Below are positions 24,150 to 36,127 of a DNA stretch of 64,000 bases, in pieces. Under the pieces are notes generated by a model. The model worked only from the letters and a program-made list of their open reading frames with translations, was not told where the DNA came from and did not search any database. Numbering within the stretch: the first letter of the stretch is position 1; each line of letters starts with the position of its first letter. The translations under genes and the position numbers were made by a program. Origin of the DNA: Octopus sinensis (Eukaryota); the NCBI RefSeq assembly GCF_006345805.1, contig NW_021833271.1:28426-92425 (forward strand). Direction: 5' to 3'.

Positions 24150-25560
24150 CTAGATTCATCGAATTCGACAAAATCATAACTATTGGCATAAACCCACTAA
24201 GAAATTCAATATAAATAAACAGGCAATAAAAAAACTCTTCTAGAAAATGGGAAACCATATGGTTTATCCTGCCCTTCTCTCTTCAAATTAGAAACTTCCC
24301 CAGCTTATTTTTTAAAATCTTAGCAAAAACCTTTCCACAAAACCATAAGTATTATTCTATATTTAATAAATCTTGTATAAAGATATTGTACTCCACTACA
24401 CCAAATCTAGGGTCAGTTATAGCAGCTAATAATAGATATAAGCTTAGAAACCATTCATTAGGTAAAGTTTCTCTATGGGAAACCTCTGATCTGGAGCCCA
24501 ACAATAATATTTTACTTAATGATAATACAAGAAGAAATATAATTGGTGAATCACAACAACAAGGGGCTATAAATCCTACCCAGACAAGTCAAATGGATGT
24601 GATTAATGAACTAAACACAGCTTCTCAGTAATTTGGAATCTAACCAAATCAATGCAAATTATTTGGGACAATGATTTAAAACCCAAATGAGGCAAAAAGC
24701 ATGCAACTCCTGCAAGCCTGAATACTGCCCCTTATTTAACAAAAGAACCTAGTCTATAAATGCCAAGTACTAACATCTAACCCTAACCAATCTAAAACAT
24801 ATATCGGGAGCACAGCTGATATTAAAACTAGATATTGAGCGCACATGAATTCATTTATTAACCCTAAGACTAAATTTTCCTCATCACTAGTAACATATGT
24901 TAACCTTCTAAAAAGCAAAATATTAACTATAAATTAATATGATCAGTAGTTACTGGAACCTCTCCTTATAATTCCTGTACACTAACTTGTAGGTTATGTA
25001 CAAAAGAATCAATCAATGTACTATGTCTAAATAAGCAGATAATGCTAAGCAAATTCTCCATTCTTATCACTTCATGTAGACATAAATACCTCTCCACATA
25101 TAAATAACAAATAATTGTTAAATAACAAAAAATCCATAAAAGTTTCTCATCAATAAAATAGTTATGGAATAATGATCATCTTATGCACATTTAAATTCTT
25201 TCATTAAGTAACAATAAATCTGTAATGAATAAAAAACAAAAAAAATGAAAAAAGAGAAAAATCATTTCACTTCTAGAATAATTTCCTGGAAACTTATATA
25301 TATAATTTTACCTCCACCATATATTTTAAATTCATCTTAATTATTTTATTTCTATTAAACTCATTTTTCATCCAATCGATTTTATATAAAATACAAACTG
25401 GTATAGTGTAATTGAACTTTGACATTTATGAACAAAAATACCAGATGTGATCCATACAAGATATAGATATCCCTGATGAAGGAAATATGGATACTGGAAT
25501 GGATTTTAAATCGATATCTACTCTTATCACTATGTTCCTGAAACAGCCATGGGATGTATA
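24150..25560 (+). mobile_element. Decayed Penelope-like element (GIY-YIG region + 3' end with degenerate hammerhead)
   Basis: YSTTPNLGSVIAANN, NLVYKCQV, KTYIGSTADIKTR, CRLCTKE and CRHK parallel the Penelope ORF at 51300-52243. CTGATGA...GAAAC is at 25473-25544. Confidence 0.75.
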
Positions 25561-26235
25561 TGTTAATTTTCACATTTGGATTTTAATTTGGACTTCTTCC
25601 TTCGAACTTTCCATATATTCTTGGAGCTTTAATATTAGCGTCTCTGATGCAACAAACCAATCCTGTATGTACAAATTTACGTGATTTAAATATCGCTGAA
25701 TATGTATTGCCTCAATGTGTATATTTGCCTTTCATATAAAAATATCTATTTTACATATATTTTTTATGAAGCATTTAATGGATTGAAATTTTACTTTTCA
25801 TATATGGACTGATAACCCAGAACTTTGTATCAAATCCAAAATCTTCCATAGTATATTAGGTCAAGGAAAAAGTTTGTGCACTGTATTAAATATACACATT
25901 TAAAATATATTTTTGTGGTGTGTGTTCATTCAGTTCATTATTTTAACATGGCGCACAGACTTTTTCTTCAACCTAGTGTGTATGTATATACATACATACA
26001 GACAGTTAGACATGCAGACAGACAGATAAGAATAAAATGGGATTAAAAAGTCCTGGCAGGTATCAAGTAAGCACTCAGTATAAAAGAATAAGGTTAAATT
26101 TCCAACAATCAGATACCAGTAAATGTAAATAGAATATAAATCCCAGTTAAATCCTCATGCATGACAGGTAAATCCAACAATCCTTTTGTAATAAGAAGTA
26201 AAGGTGTGATCTAAAATAAAGATAGGACTTTCTTC

Positions 26236-26269
<34 letters not shown>

Positions 26270-26280
<11 letters not shown>

Positions 26281-26540
26281 TGAGAATGTGTATCTGTCTG
26301 TCTGTCAGTGTGAATCCCTAAAACTTGAGAACTACACAATAAATTTCATTCAAATTTTACACATGCCTTACTTGGGGTCCAGGGAGTGTCATGGGCAAAA
26401 AATGTCTAACTTCTTGCCTAGGGCGAACCCACAGCAATATCATATCTTCTCCACTATTTTAGTATTACATGTTAAAAGTGAAACAAAAACATCTCTCTAT
26501 TATAATGTCAGATACTTTCACTTTAATACTGAAACTATTA
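26270..26540 (+). mobile_element. Non-autonomous repeat with (CTGT)n near the 5' end (Helitron/HINE-like), second copy inverted at ~47900-48110
   Basis: gaatgtgtatctgtctgtctgtc...ccctaaaacttgagaactacacaa...atatcatatcttctccactatttt recurs as its reverse complement at 47900-48110. The class assignment is inference. Confidence 0.55.
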
Positions 26541-26947
26541 AAGTCAAACTATTATATAAGAGGGATGAACCATTAACAGTGGACATCCATTTTGCTAGAA
26601 GAAGATCTGCTATGGTCTTATATGCAACACCACTGGTTTTCAATTCATATTAATCAGATTAATATTCAATTTCTCACCCTTATTATTTTTAATTTAATTT
26701 AAACCCAGGCCTAGGTGTTTTGGAATGAAGTTTGTTACCACACAGCCACACCTGCACCTATGTATGTGTGTGTATGTGTGTATAGCTGTATATGTATACA
26801 TTTATTTCTATATATATGTATACATGTATATGTGTAGATGTATATATATATATATAGATGTACATGTAATATGTACACATATATATTCACATACATACAT
26901 GCATACATATATACACTCATACACACATACACACACACACACACATA

Positions 26948-27360
26948 CATAGGTGCAGGTGTGGCTGTGTGGTAACAAACTTCGTTCCAAAGCACATGGT
27001 CCAGAGTTCAGTCCCACTGTGTGGTGACTTGGCATGTGTCTTCTGCTATAGCCTCAGACCAACCAAAGCTTTGTCAGTGGATTTTGTAGACAGAAACTGA
27101 AAGAAATCAATCGTATATATATGTATGTATATATTTAATTGTATGTGTGTGACTTTGTTTCTGTGTTTTACCCTCATCACTGCCTCACAACTGGTGTTCG
27201 TTTATTTACATCCCCATAACTTACTGGTTTCACAAGAAGAAACTGATAGAATAAGTACCAGGCTTATCAAAATAAAAAAAAACCCACTAGGCAGTATCTC
27301 ATATTTTGGTTTGCCCACACAATTTATCTTTGTGTGTGTGCATATATATACATACATACA
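26948..27360 (+). mobile_element. tRNA-derived SINE
   Basis: aggtgtggctgtgtggtaacaaacttcgttccaaagcacatggtccagagttcagtcccactg (A/B-box-like head), then ...ctatagcctcagaccaaccaaagc...gtagacagaaactgaaagaa. A related minus-strand copy is at 56594-56951. Confidence 0.75.
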
Positions 27361-27368
27361 TATATATA

Positions 27369-27395
<27 letters not shown>

Positions 27396-27401
<6 letters not shown>

Positions 27402-27775
27402 AAGGGCTTAGTAAAATAAATTACTTTGCCACATACTGAACTCATTAGAAATAGTAGCTAAAAAAACTTTCTTTAAACTATTTCTAATACTTAAAGAAAA
27501 TCTCTCTCATATAGTGTTTGCTCAATTCAACTCACGAAAGTATGGATGAAAATGTCGAGTTTGACTAATCTTGAAACGTACGTTCTCAAATAACCTTTGC
27601 ATTTGATTTTTTAATGTCTTTACCCCCATACTTTCGTGAGTTGAATTGAGCAAACACTATATGAGAGAGATTTTCTTTAAGTATTAGAAATAGTTTAAAG
27701 AAAATTTTTTTAGCTACTATTTCTAATGAGTTCAGTATGTGGCAAAGTAATTTATTTTACTACGCCCTTTTATAT
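27396..27775. repeat. Long near-perfect inverted repeat (arms ~150 bp, loop ~80 bp)
   Basis: aaaagggcttagtaaaataaattactttgccacatactgaac...ctcacgaaagtatgg (to 27545) is mirrored by ccatactttcgtgag...gtggcaaagtaatttattttactacgccctttt (27626-27770). Confidence 0.93.
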
Positions 27776-27900
27776 AATGTAATAATTTGAATTTGCCTTA
27801 AATGGTCCCTTTACATACTGAATACTTGGTGAAATTGATTAATTAATTAATTAATTTTACCCTCAATTGTTGAAATTATATACATATATATATATATATA

Positions 27901-30274
27901 TACTCTTTTACTCTTTTACTCTTTTACTTGTTTCAGCCATCCGGCTGAGGCCATGCTGGGGCACCGCCCTTGTTGCTACCCTCTCTAAGTCCAGTTTGCC
28001 GTGGCTGGCCACTGATCTAAGAGAGAGTTTGTAGCTGCTGCCCTTAGGTTACCTTCGTACCTTGCAGTGGGTTCATCTGGGATCCCGGAAAGCAGCTTGT
28101 CTAGATGTTTTTTGAAAATGTCCACATCCGCATCATGTAGATTCGTTCCATGACCTTACTTATGTGTGACGTCAGGGAGACTGGCCTGTAGTTTTTGGCC
28201 TCTGCTCTACTCCCTCCTTTGTGGATAGGGCATATGGTGCCTTCTTTTAGCGCCCTGGGCAGTTTACCGTTAGCCAAGGAACCACTGAAGAGCTTCTTCA
28301 GTGGTCCCGCTAGGGCATGCCTGCATGTTTGTAGGAGGACTGCTGGGAATCCATCTGGTCCAGCAGCTGAGTTTATTCTCATTTCTTCTATGGCAGATAT
28401 TACATCCCTCTCTGTTATTTCTATGTGGTCGATGGTTGTTGTTTGGTTTTGGAGTGTTGTGGCATCAAAGAAAACTTCTGGGTTTGTGATTTGCATGTGC
28501 CCCAGAGGGGATGTGAACACACTTTTATACTGTTCCTTTAGTATTTCACTTATCCCTTGGGGGTCCTCAGTTAGAGAGCCCTTTTTATCAAAGAGTGGGC
28601 CAATCTTGCAGTGTACCGAGGTGCTTTCTTTCGCAAATTTAAAGAAGGCTTTAGGGTTTGTTTTAATATTCTCTATGGCCCTGGCTTCTCTCTCTGCCCT
28701 CTCCTTCTCATAGGAAAGTTTGAGTGCAGTTTCCGTTTCAAAAAGTTTCAGGTGGAGACCCTCATTGTTTCTCTGCCGTGCATTCAGTTGCTTCGAGAGC
28801 TTAGCTCTTCGCCTCATAAGTATTTTCCTGTCTCTGGGAATAACGTTCCTATGCCCGCTGGCTTTTTTCTCCGGGACAAACTTATGGCATATGTTCTGTA
28901 TTGTTGTCATGAAATGTTGGAAATGTGTGTTGGTGTCTTGTGTGGTGATGAAGTCACTCCAGTCATGTTTTCGGATCTCTTCGTTTATCTTCTTCCAGTT
29001 TGCCTTATGGAAGTTTAGACTGGATAGACCTGTGGTATTTTCTAATGGCTGCGTCTCAACTAACTCTCTCATACCATATATCATTACCTCTACTAAGTTG
29101 TGATCTGAGAGAATTGTTGGTGTTACCATTATGTTGTGGATGAGCATCAGGTTGCTTGTGAAACAGAGGTCCAAGACATTCTCACCTCTTGTTGGCCGAA
29201 GCACTGCTTGTTCCATGAAAAACTTGCGTGTGAGAGCCAACAAGGACTCTGTCTGTCTCTGTTCAAGTGATGTCATTCCAGGGAGAAGATGGCCATCTGG
29301 CCATTTGACTTTCGGAAGGTTAAAATCTCCCAGCAGTAGAATGGTGTTACCTTGGTCCAGTTTGTCCAGGACTTCTTCTATTCTTCTGAGGCTATCTTCA
29401 AACACTCCTTCATGACTAGGGGTGTCTGGTGGCCGATATGTGACACATATTACTATTTTCGGTTGTTTCATGTGTACTATCAGTGTGTCACAGACTGAGT
29501 TTGAGTGTGTCAACAGTACTATGGGTGTGACATCTTCACGGACGTACAGGGCAACCCCACCATGAGTTCTTTCCTTCCTGTCTGACCGAAAAACAGTATA
29601 CTTTGGTACGTGTATTTCTGCATCTGCTATACTGCTTGACAGGTGCGTTTCAGTCAGCGCTATGCATATTGCATGGTTGCTTGTGCTTAAGTCCCTAAGG
29701 TAAGGAATTTTACTCATATTAGTGGGTTTCACCAGACCTCTGACATTCAGCAGAAGCACTGGTGAGATATTTGGGGTGTCAATAAAGGCTGACGGTGTGG
29801 CACCTGGGCTGGTGTCAGCGGTGGCCACCCTGGGTCCCTTGATTGTGGTGGTCTTGAGTGCTGTTGTGAGTGCCCCTGGCTCTGAAGACGATGTATCCAG
29901 GCCAGTTGTCCCTCAATTTTCTCTGCTATTTCCACAAAATTTCTTTGTTCTGCTGCTGCCGTCTGCATTTCCTCTGCAAATGTGCGCCTTCTCCTTGTTG
30001 GGGCATTACGCACTATGTCTGCATATTTCTGGGGCAGCTTGTATTTGTTCTGGTTTTGGTTTCGGTCTTGGTTTTGGTTAAGGCATTTTGGTCGAATGGG
30101 TTTGATGCAATTTCCATAGGGCCTGGGATGAGCGAACCTGCATCCTTCTCCTGTTTCTCCATGCCAGCAGGTTCCATTCCGGAAGAATTTGCATGTTATC
30201 TGGGTTTTCTTGTCCCCAGTTCCTCTCTGTTTTCTCTTCCTCCGTTGGACGGTTGTCCACTGGTTCCTTTCTGC
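27901..30274 (-). mobile_element. CR1/L2-group LINE: CCCH-finger ORF1 remnant, intact APE endonuclease, RT internally deleted, (AAAAGAGT)n tail
   Basis: ORF 28101-29828 has LLLNVRGL, LTETHL, RSDR..GGVALYV, YRPP, GDFNLP, PTRGENVLDL, SDHNLV, GPDGFP and NYRPVSLTSHISKVMER. It then jumps (~28140) to the C-terminal DIFK..LDKLLSGIPDEP...RAAATNSLLDQ. Upstream is CKFFRNGTCWHGETGEGCRFAH. Confidence 0.92.
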
Positions 30275-30561
30275 ATATATATATTTATATATGTATATGG
30301 ATTTCGTAGACAGAAACTTCAAGAAATCAATCGTATATATATGTATGTATATATTTAAGTGTATGTGTGTGACTTTGTTTCTGTGTTTTACCCTCATCAT
30401 TGTTTCACAACTGCTGTTCGTTTATTTATATCCCCATAACTTACTGTTTTCACAAGAAGTAACTAATAGAATAAGTACCAGGCTTATCAACATAAAAAAA
30501 GCACTACGCTGTGTCTCATATTTTTGTTTGCCCACTCAGTTGTATCTATCATATTTGTGTG

Positions 30562-30598
<37 letters not shown>

Positions 30599-30949
30599 CA
30601 CACACACACACGTACATATATATATATACATGTATGTATATGTGTACATTCATATTTATTATATCAAAGACTGAAAGGAAATCTGCAATCAAATAACTTT
30701 ACTCAACACTTTGCAACTGAATCAGTGGAGGCAAAGATGCCTCTCATTTTCTTGACAATTTATGCAGCACATTGCAGAAATCACAATCTAAGTGTATGTC
30801 AAAGTAAACTCTTACACTGTTGTACCACTGAATTACAAATAATGCTCATCTATGCTCGGATAATCACACAGCTTCCAAGAGTACAACTATTCGTCTTTGC
30901 TTAGATAAAATGACAAAATTGTGGGTGTTAAGTCCCCATGAAGGGGTCT

Positions 30950-31297
30950 TTCTAACTCTGGTGAGGATGTAGTCAATTTGGCTAGTGTGTCTGCCAGAAC
31001 GGTAGGTGACTGGCAGTTTTCCTGAAGTTAGTATTGAAAACCATAAGATCATTTGCATCGCAGAACTCCAGCATCCTGGTTCCTTCCTCATTGTTGGAAC
31101 CAAAACTGTAGCCTCCATGTAAGTCATGGAGGGTCCCCTGTATGTTGTCCAACATGTCCATTGAAGTCACCTGCCACAAATAGAAGGTCCCTATCATTTG
31201 TCAACGAGGTAATCTGCAAGAGGGAGTCATAGAATCGGTCTTTCTGTCCATCGGGTAGCCTTGGCTGAGCGGCATAGGCCGAGATAATGGTTGCTAG

Positions 31298-31300
<3 letters not shown>
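30950..31300 (-). mobile_element. RTE LINE APE endonuclease fragment
   Basis: IISAYAAQP...VAGDFNGHVG, NEEGTRMLEFCDANDL and TYRSGRHTSQIDYIL. Confidence 0.85.
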
Positions 31301-31350
<50 letters not shown>

Positions 31351-31429
31351 TAATATATATATATATATTATATATATATATACATATATATATATACTTT
31401 AATGAAAAGCAGCAGAAATTTAACAAAAG

Positions 31430-31467
31430 CTGTTACTCAGAGTTTCATGTTCCCATTCGATGGACAG
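31430..31467 (-). ncRNA. Degenerate minimal hammerhead ribozyme motif
   Basis: Minus strand: CTGT-CCATCGA-ATG(GGAA)CAT-GAAAC-TCTGA-GTA-ACAG. Stems I, II and III pair, but the core reads CCAUCGA instead of CUGANGA. Confidence 0.5.
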
Positions 31468-31709
31468 TTTTGTTAAAATAGAACAGAAATAACGATATGA
31501 TCAAAAACTACTTAAAGGATGCCCCTTTAAAAATAGACTTGTTTCATTGGTCCTTTCAGTTAACAGTCTTAAGCAAGCAATGAACAAAATAAATAAAGTA
31601 AATGAATTCAATATAAATTCATCCAATTATAAAAACCGAAGAAAACCTCAAATCAAAGAGTGGATTCAAAAGACATATTATAGATGATTATATACAAAAT
31701 ATAATTCAA

Positions 31710-32215
31710 CTAGTTTAACGTGACCCGCTCTACGCATGGGTGAGGGTGTGGTTGTTATTTTCTGTTGCTTCCTTTCTGTTTCTTTTCGCCCCATTCTCCC
31801 GCTTTGTTTCTCTCTCCTTTCTCTCTCACTTTCCCACTCTCTTACTCTTCCTTTCTCTCGGACTCTCCCTCGCTTTCTCTTACTCTTTATCTTTCTCTAT
31901 CTTTCTCTCTCCCATTTATAAAAAAATTAAATTTCCACACTTAAATTACAAATCCGCTTCCACTTTATCATGTTGAAAATTTGATTGAAATCAGGCAAAA
32001 GATGTCCAATCTAGACCCCCAAGTGTCCTCCCAAATCAATAAAATCTCCGTTTTCAAACCAAAGCAACTACTGTTGCCCCCCAAAACGTCTCCCAATCAA
32101 TTTCTGACCTCAAGTTATTCTCTCCTGTAAATTTTAATCCCCTTCCAGCCCCATTTAGACCCCATTTTACATAAAAATCAATTTGTATCAACGTTTGCCT
32201 TCTTCATTTTATAGA
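31710..32215 (-). mobile_element. Non-autonomous Helitron-like element
   Basis: The minus strand begins A|TCTATAAAATGAAG and ends with a GC hairpin cccatgcgtagagcggg, then 10 nt, then CTAG|T. These are TC...CTRR termini at an AT site. Confidence 0.55.
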
Positions 32216-32433
32216 TTAGGCAGATATACCCAGCCTTGCTCAGGATTAAAATAGTTTATTATTGTTTTACTTGTTTTGGTATTATAACCCAATTTCATTT
32301 GGGTCTACACGGGCCACATTTTAAAAGATGAGGAATTTTGCCCTAGAGGTCATGCTTTTCAATTGAGCAAACTCACTAGCACTTTTAACATAGGTGTGCA
32401 TATTTTCAGCTCAATCCGACCACATATGTACAC

Positions 32434-32475
<42 letters not shown>

Positions 32476-32852
32476 CGCATTAAATATGTACATATATATG
32501 CATTATATATACATGTCTACACACACACATATATATATATTCACATATATATAAATATATACACTTTATACATGTACACATATATATATATATCATCATC
32601 ATCATTATCGTTTAATGTCCGCTTTCCATGCTAGCATGGGTTGGACGATTTGACTGAGGTCTGGCGAACCAGATGGCTGCACAGGGTCCAATCTGATCTG
32701 GCAGAGTTTCTACTGCTGGATGCCCTTCCTAACGCCAACCACTCCGAGAGTGTAGTGGGTGCTTTTATTATTGTCTTACGTGTTTCAGTATTATAACCCG
32801 ATTTCATTCGGGTCTACATGGGCCACATTTTAAAAGATGAGGAATTTTGCCA

Positions 32853-34655
32853 AATACTCTTCTTGTGGCTGTCTCACTTCGAAGATGACATCTGTGGAAT
32901 TCTTTCCAGGTACAAAACCAAACTGCATCTCATCTAGTTTCATTCTATTTCTAATCAATTGAGCCATAACTCTCTCTAACATTCATGACTTGGTCTAGCA
33001 ATTTAATACTTCTGTAATCGTTTCTATCTAAGGCATCACTTTTACCCTTGTAACTATTATACTACTACACTTGTCATTGAGGATGGTGCTTTCCTGAATA
33101 ACCTGATTAACTATGCAGGTGACTAAGCTGTATCCTACACCACCGGAAATTCTAATCATCTCGGTAATGACTCTTGATGGCTTAGGGGCTTTCATGTCCT
33201 TAATTGCCTTATCTATTTTACTTCTATCAACTCTGATGGCTAGTTCCTCAATTGGTTCGATATTTGGTAAACTCTCCTCCCATTCATATTCCACATTTAA
33301 TAACATTTCATTGTGACACTGCTATACATCTTACTTCTATGATTTGCTAAGTGCAAGCATACCATTATCCATTTGCAAACATTTCTCACGCACCAAATCT
33401 CTATTCTCTCTGATACACTGCTTTGCAATCCTGAACATCTCATACTGTAGAACATTTTCTAATCTCTTACCTTCAGCTACTCCTTTTGCTATGCATACCT
33501 GACGCCTAGCTGCCCTTTTGGCTACCTGATATAATTCTCTGCTTCCTCTGGTTTTCCAGTTTTTCCAGGCCTGTCTTTTTGATTTTATAGCACTGTCAAC
33601 TTCCTTGCTCCACAACCATGTCACCCTTGATCTAGCTGGGACTCTGCACCAACCACAGATTTCATCTGTAGCCCTCAGTAGATTGTCTCACAAGAACTTC
33701 CAATTGTCCTCTAAGCTATGTGTCCCCAACTCTTCCTCTCTTTCTTCAGAAGCTTCCATTAGTAAATCTCTAAATTTTTGTCTGTTTGCTGGGTCTTTGA
33801 GCTCCTAATACTGTAGGAAAAGCATATATATGTATATATATATATATGCTCACAAGGGCTGCAATCACCCAAAACAATGGAGAATTCCTGAGCCTCTGAG
33901 AGCACATATGTATACATTTATGTGCTTCTCTTATAGCATTAGGAACATTTTAGCTCTTATTTCTAATAATCCATTTTCCATGCTGGCATGAGTTTGGCAA
34001 TTTAACTGCAAATGGTAAGCTGGAGAGCTACATGAGGCTCCAGTATATTTTGGTTTGGTTTTTATGGCTGGATACCCTTCCTAGCACCAACTGCTCCAGT
34101 GAGTGTACTCGATGCCTTTTATGTGTCACTAGCACAGGTCCATCTTACATGTCACTGGTACAAGTGCCATTCACACATCACCAGCACTAGGCCAGAATCA
34201 GAGTTCCACTTAGCCTGATGCCTCTTCCCATGCACAGCAATTTGCCAGAAGTCCTGGTCACTTGTCACTGCCTCCATGAGACTCAACATCCAAAGATCAC
34301 ATTTCACCACCTCAACCCACATCTTCCTGGGTCGACCTCTTCCACAGTTTCCTTCCACAATAAGAATCTTTATGCAGCTGTCCCCATCCATATGCATCAT
34401 TTGACCATACAGCAGTCCTCTCTCTAGCACACTGTATCTGATGCCTCTTATGCCCAATTTTTCTCTTAAGACGCACTTTGTTGTATGTGCACATTGACAT
34501 GCACAACCAGTGGAGCATACCAGCTTCATTTCTTTCAAGTCTTCACATGTCCTCTGCAGTCACAGCCCATGTTTCACTGCCATGTAACATGGCTGTTCAC
34601 ACATAGGCATCATACAATCTGCTATTTACACTGAAGGAAAGGTCCTTTGTTACTA
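32853..34655 (-). mobile_element. Two decayed RTE LINE fragments (32853-33808 and ~33950-34655)
   Basis: WLWSKEVDSAIKSKRQAWKNWK, EWEESLPNIEPIE, LREKLGIRGIR and EGNCGRGRPRKMW are homologous to 11527-13700. Confidence 0.85.
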
Positions 34656-36108
34656 TATATATCCTCTCTTCCAGAAGTAACAGGAATACATTCTTTTCAA
34701 AACTTTGGTCTAAATTCATCACCTCATCCTAACTTACATTGCCTTCCTTCCTTCTTGTTCCAGAATTACACACCTAAGCCTTATGTTTCCTTCTCTCTCC
34801 TACTTCTTTCTCCTCTTACTTCCACATGCCATTTCTGCTTGACTACTACACAATCTTCAGTTTGTCAACAGCCACACCCTCAGATGCTGCTTTTCCTGCT
34901 CCTTCTTTTCCCTTGCATCAAATCTTCTCTTTATCAATTCCATTCTGTTATTTCTCTTCTCACCTCTGTTTACCATTTTATTTCTTTTGTGCATTAGCAT
35001 CTGGCTTTTCATCATCTTAATGTATATTGTTTCATCTTCTTGAATTGGATGATTTTCCTGGAAACTTTTTACCTTCAATTTCTCTGGACTTTTTACCAAT
35101 ATCTTTGTTTTTATCAACACTGAATTTAAATATTTCTACCACATTTTAAAATTTTAGTTTAAACTGTCTCTCATTGTTTCACATCTGCTTTCCTTTGAAT
35201 GCATTCTCCAACCTCTATATGCTTTTGGTGAAAACTTGCTCACACATCAATAATATCTTCCACCTTGTACTTATTGTCCAATCTGTTTCATCAATTTTTT
35301 CATATGTTCATACACACTCTCATCTCCTCACATACATGCTTTTACACAACCTACCTAAAAATTACACGCATACACTACTATACTTGCACGTATCTATACA
35401 CATAGACATCACATTAACACACACACACATACACACTCGGGTAAGACAGTTGGGGGACAGAGAGAATATAGATATATGTACCAAGCTCCATTGCCTGCTT
35501 TGACATGTTTTCTATGGTTGGATGCCCTTCAAAATGCCAACCACTTTACAGAGTGTACTGAGTGCCTTTTAACTGGCACTAGCAGCAGTGAAGTCACCAA
35601 GTAACTAGAAAGACAAGACACTCTCAACTGAGTAGGGAATAGAATTGAGAGAGGTGGCTTTGTGCCAGGTGATGAGAGGTTAGAGTATGGATGGAGGTAC
35701 AGAAATTAGTGTCTTGCAGTAGAGGAGATACATTGGGTAACTGAGTTGGAGTGAGAGGGGAAGAGAGATGTTGAAGATGCAATGGAAGGTGACACTCAAG
35801 ATACATGGAGTGACAGGAACCAAAGATTGGATCAGGCAAGTGGCTGAGTAAGTTCATGAGATGGTAGCAGGAGAGTGGGAGATGGAAGGAAGGACTATTT
35901 TACGAGGGTGTGAAGGAAGAGTGGAAGAGGTGTTTGTAAATCTTACAATCTTAACAACATGGAAAATCTGAGATAAATTTGTTTCAAAATTTACTGCTGT
36001 AACTAATGGTAGTCTTATTTGATATAGAAAATTACTTGTACTACTCTCACAAGAAATGTTTAATATTGAATAACATTCCTATATGCATCACTTTTTACTT
36101 TTTTTTAG

Positions 36109-36127
36109 GTGTTAAACGCAATAAAGA
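36109..36127 (+). CDS. Candidate 19-nt microexon E of the IgSF receptor (juxtamembrane)
   Basis: Strong acceptor ctttttactttttttTAG (36108) and GTAAGT donor (36128). After the TM exon it reads (G)VKRNK, a basic juxtamembrane stretch. Phase 1 to 2. Confidence 0.6.

Noticed and set aside
26958-27030. tRNA gene (also 49281-49355)
   Set aside because: A/B-box-like heads continue into dispersed SINE bodies, and no full cloverleaf can be drawn.
28195-30081. Plus-strand ORFs of 94-172 aa
   Set aside because: They are antisense shadows of the LINE ORF on the minus strand.
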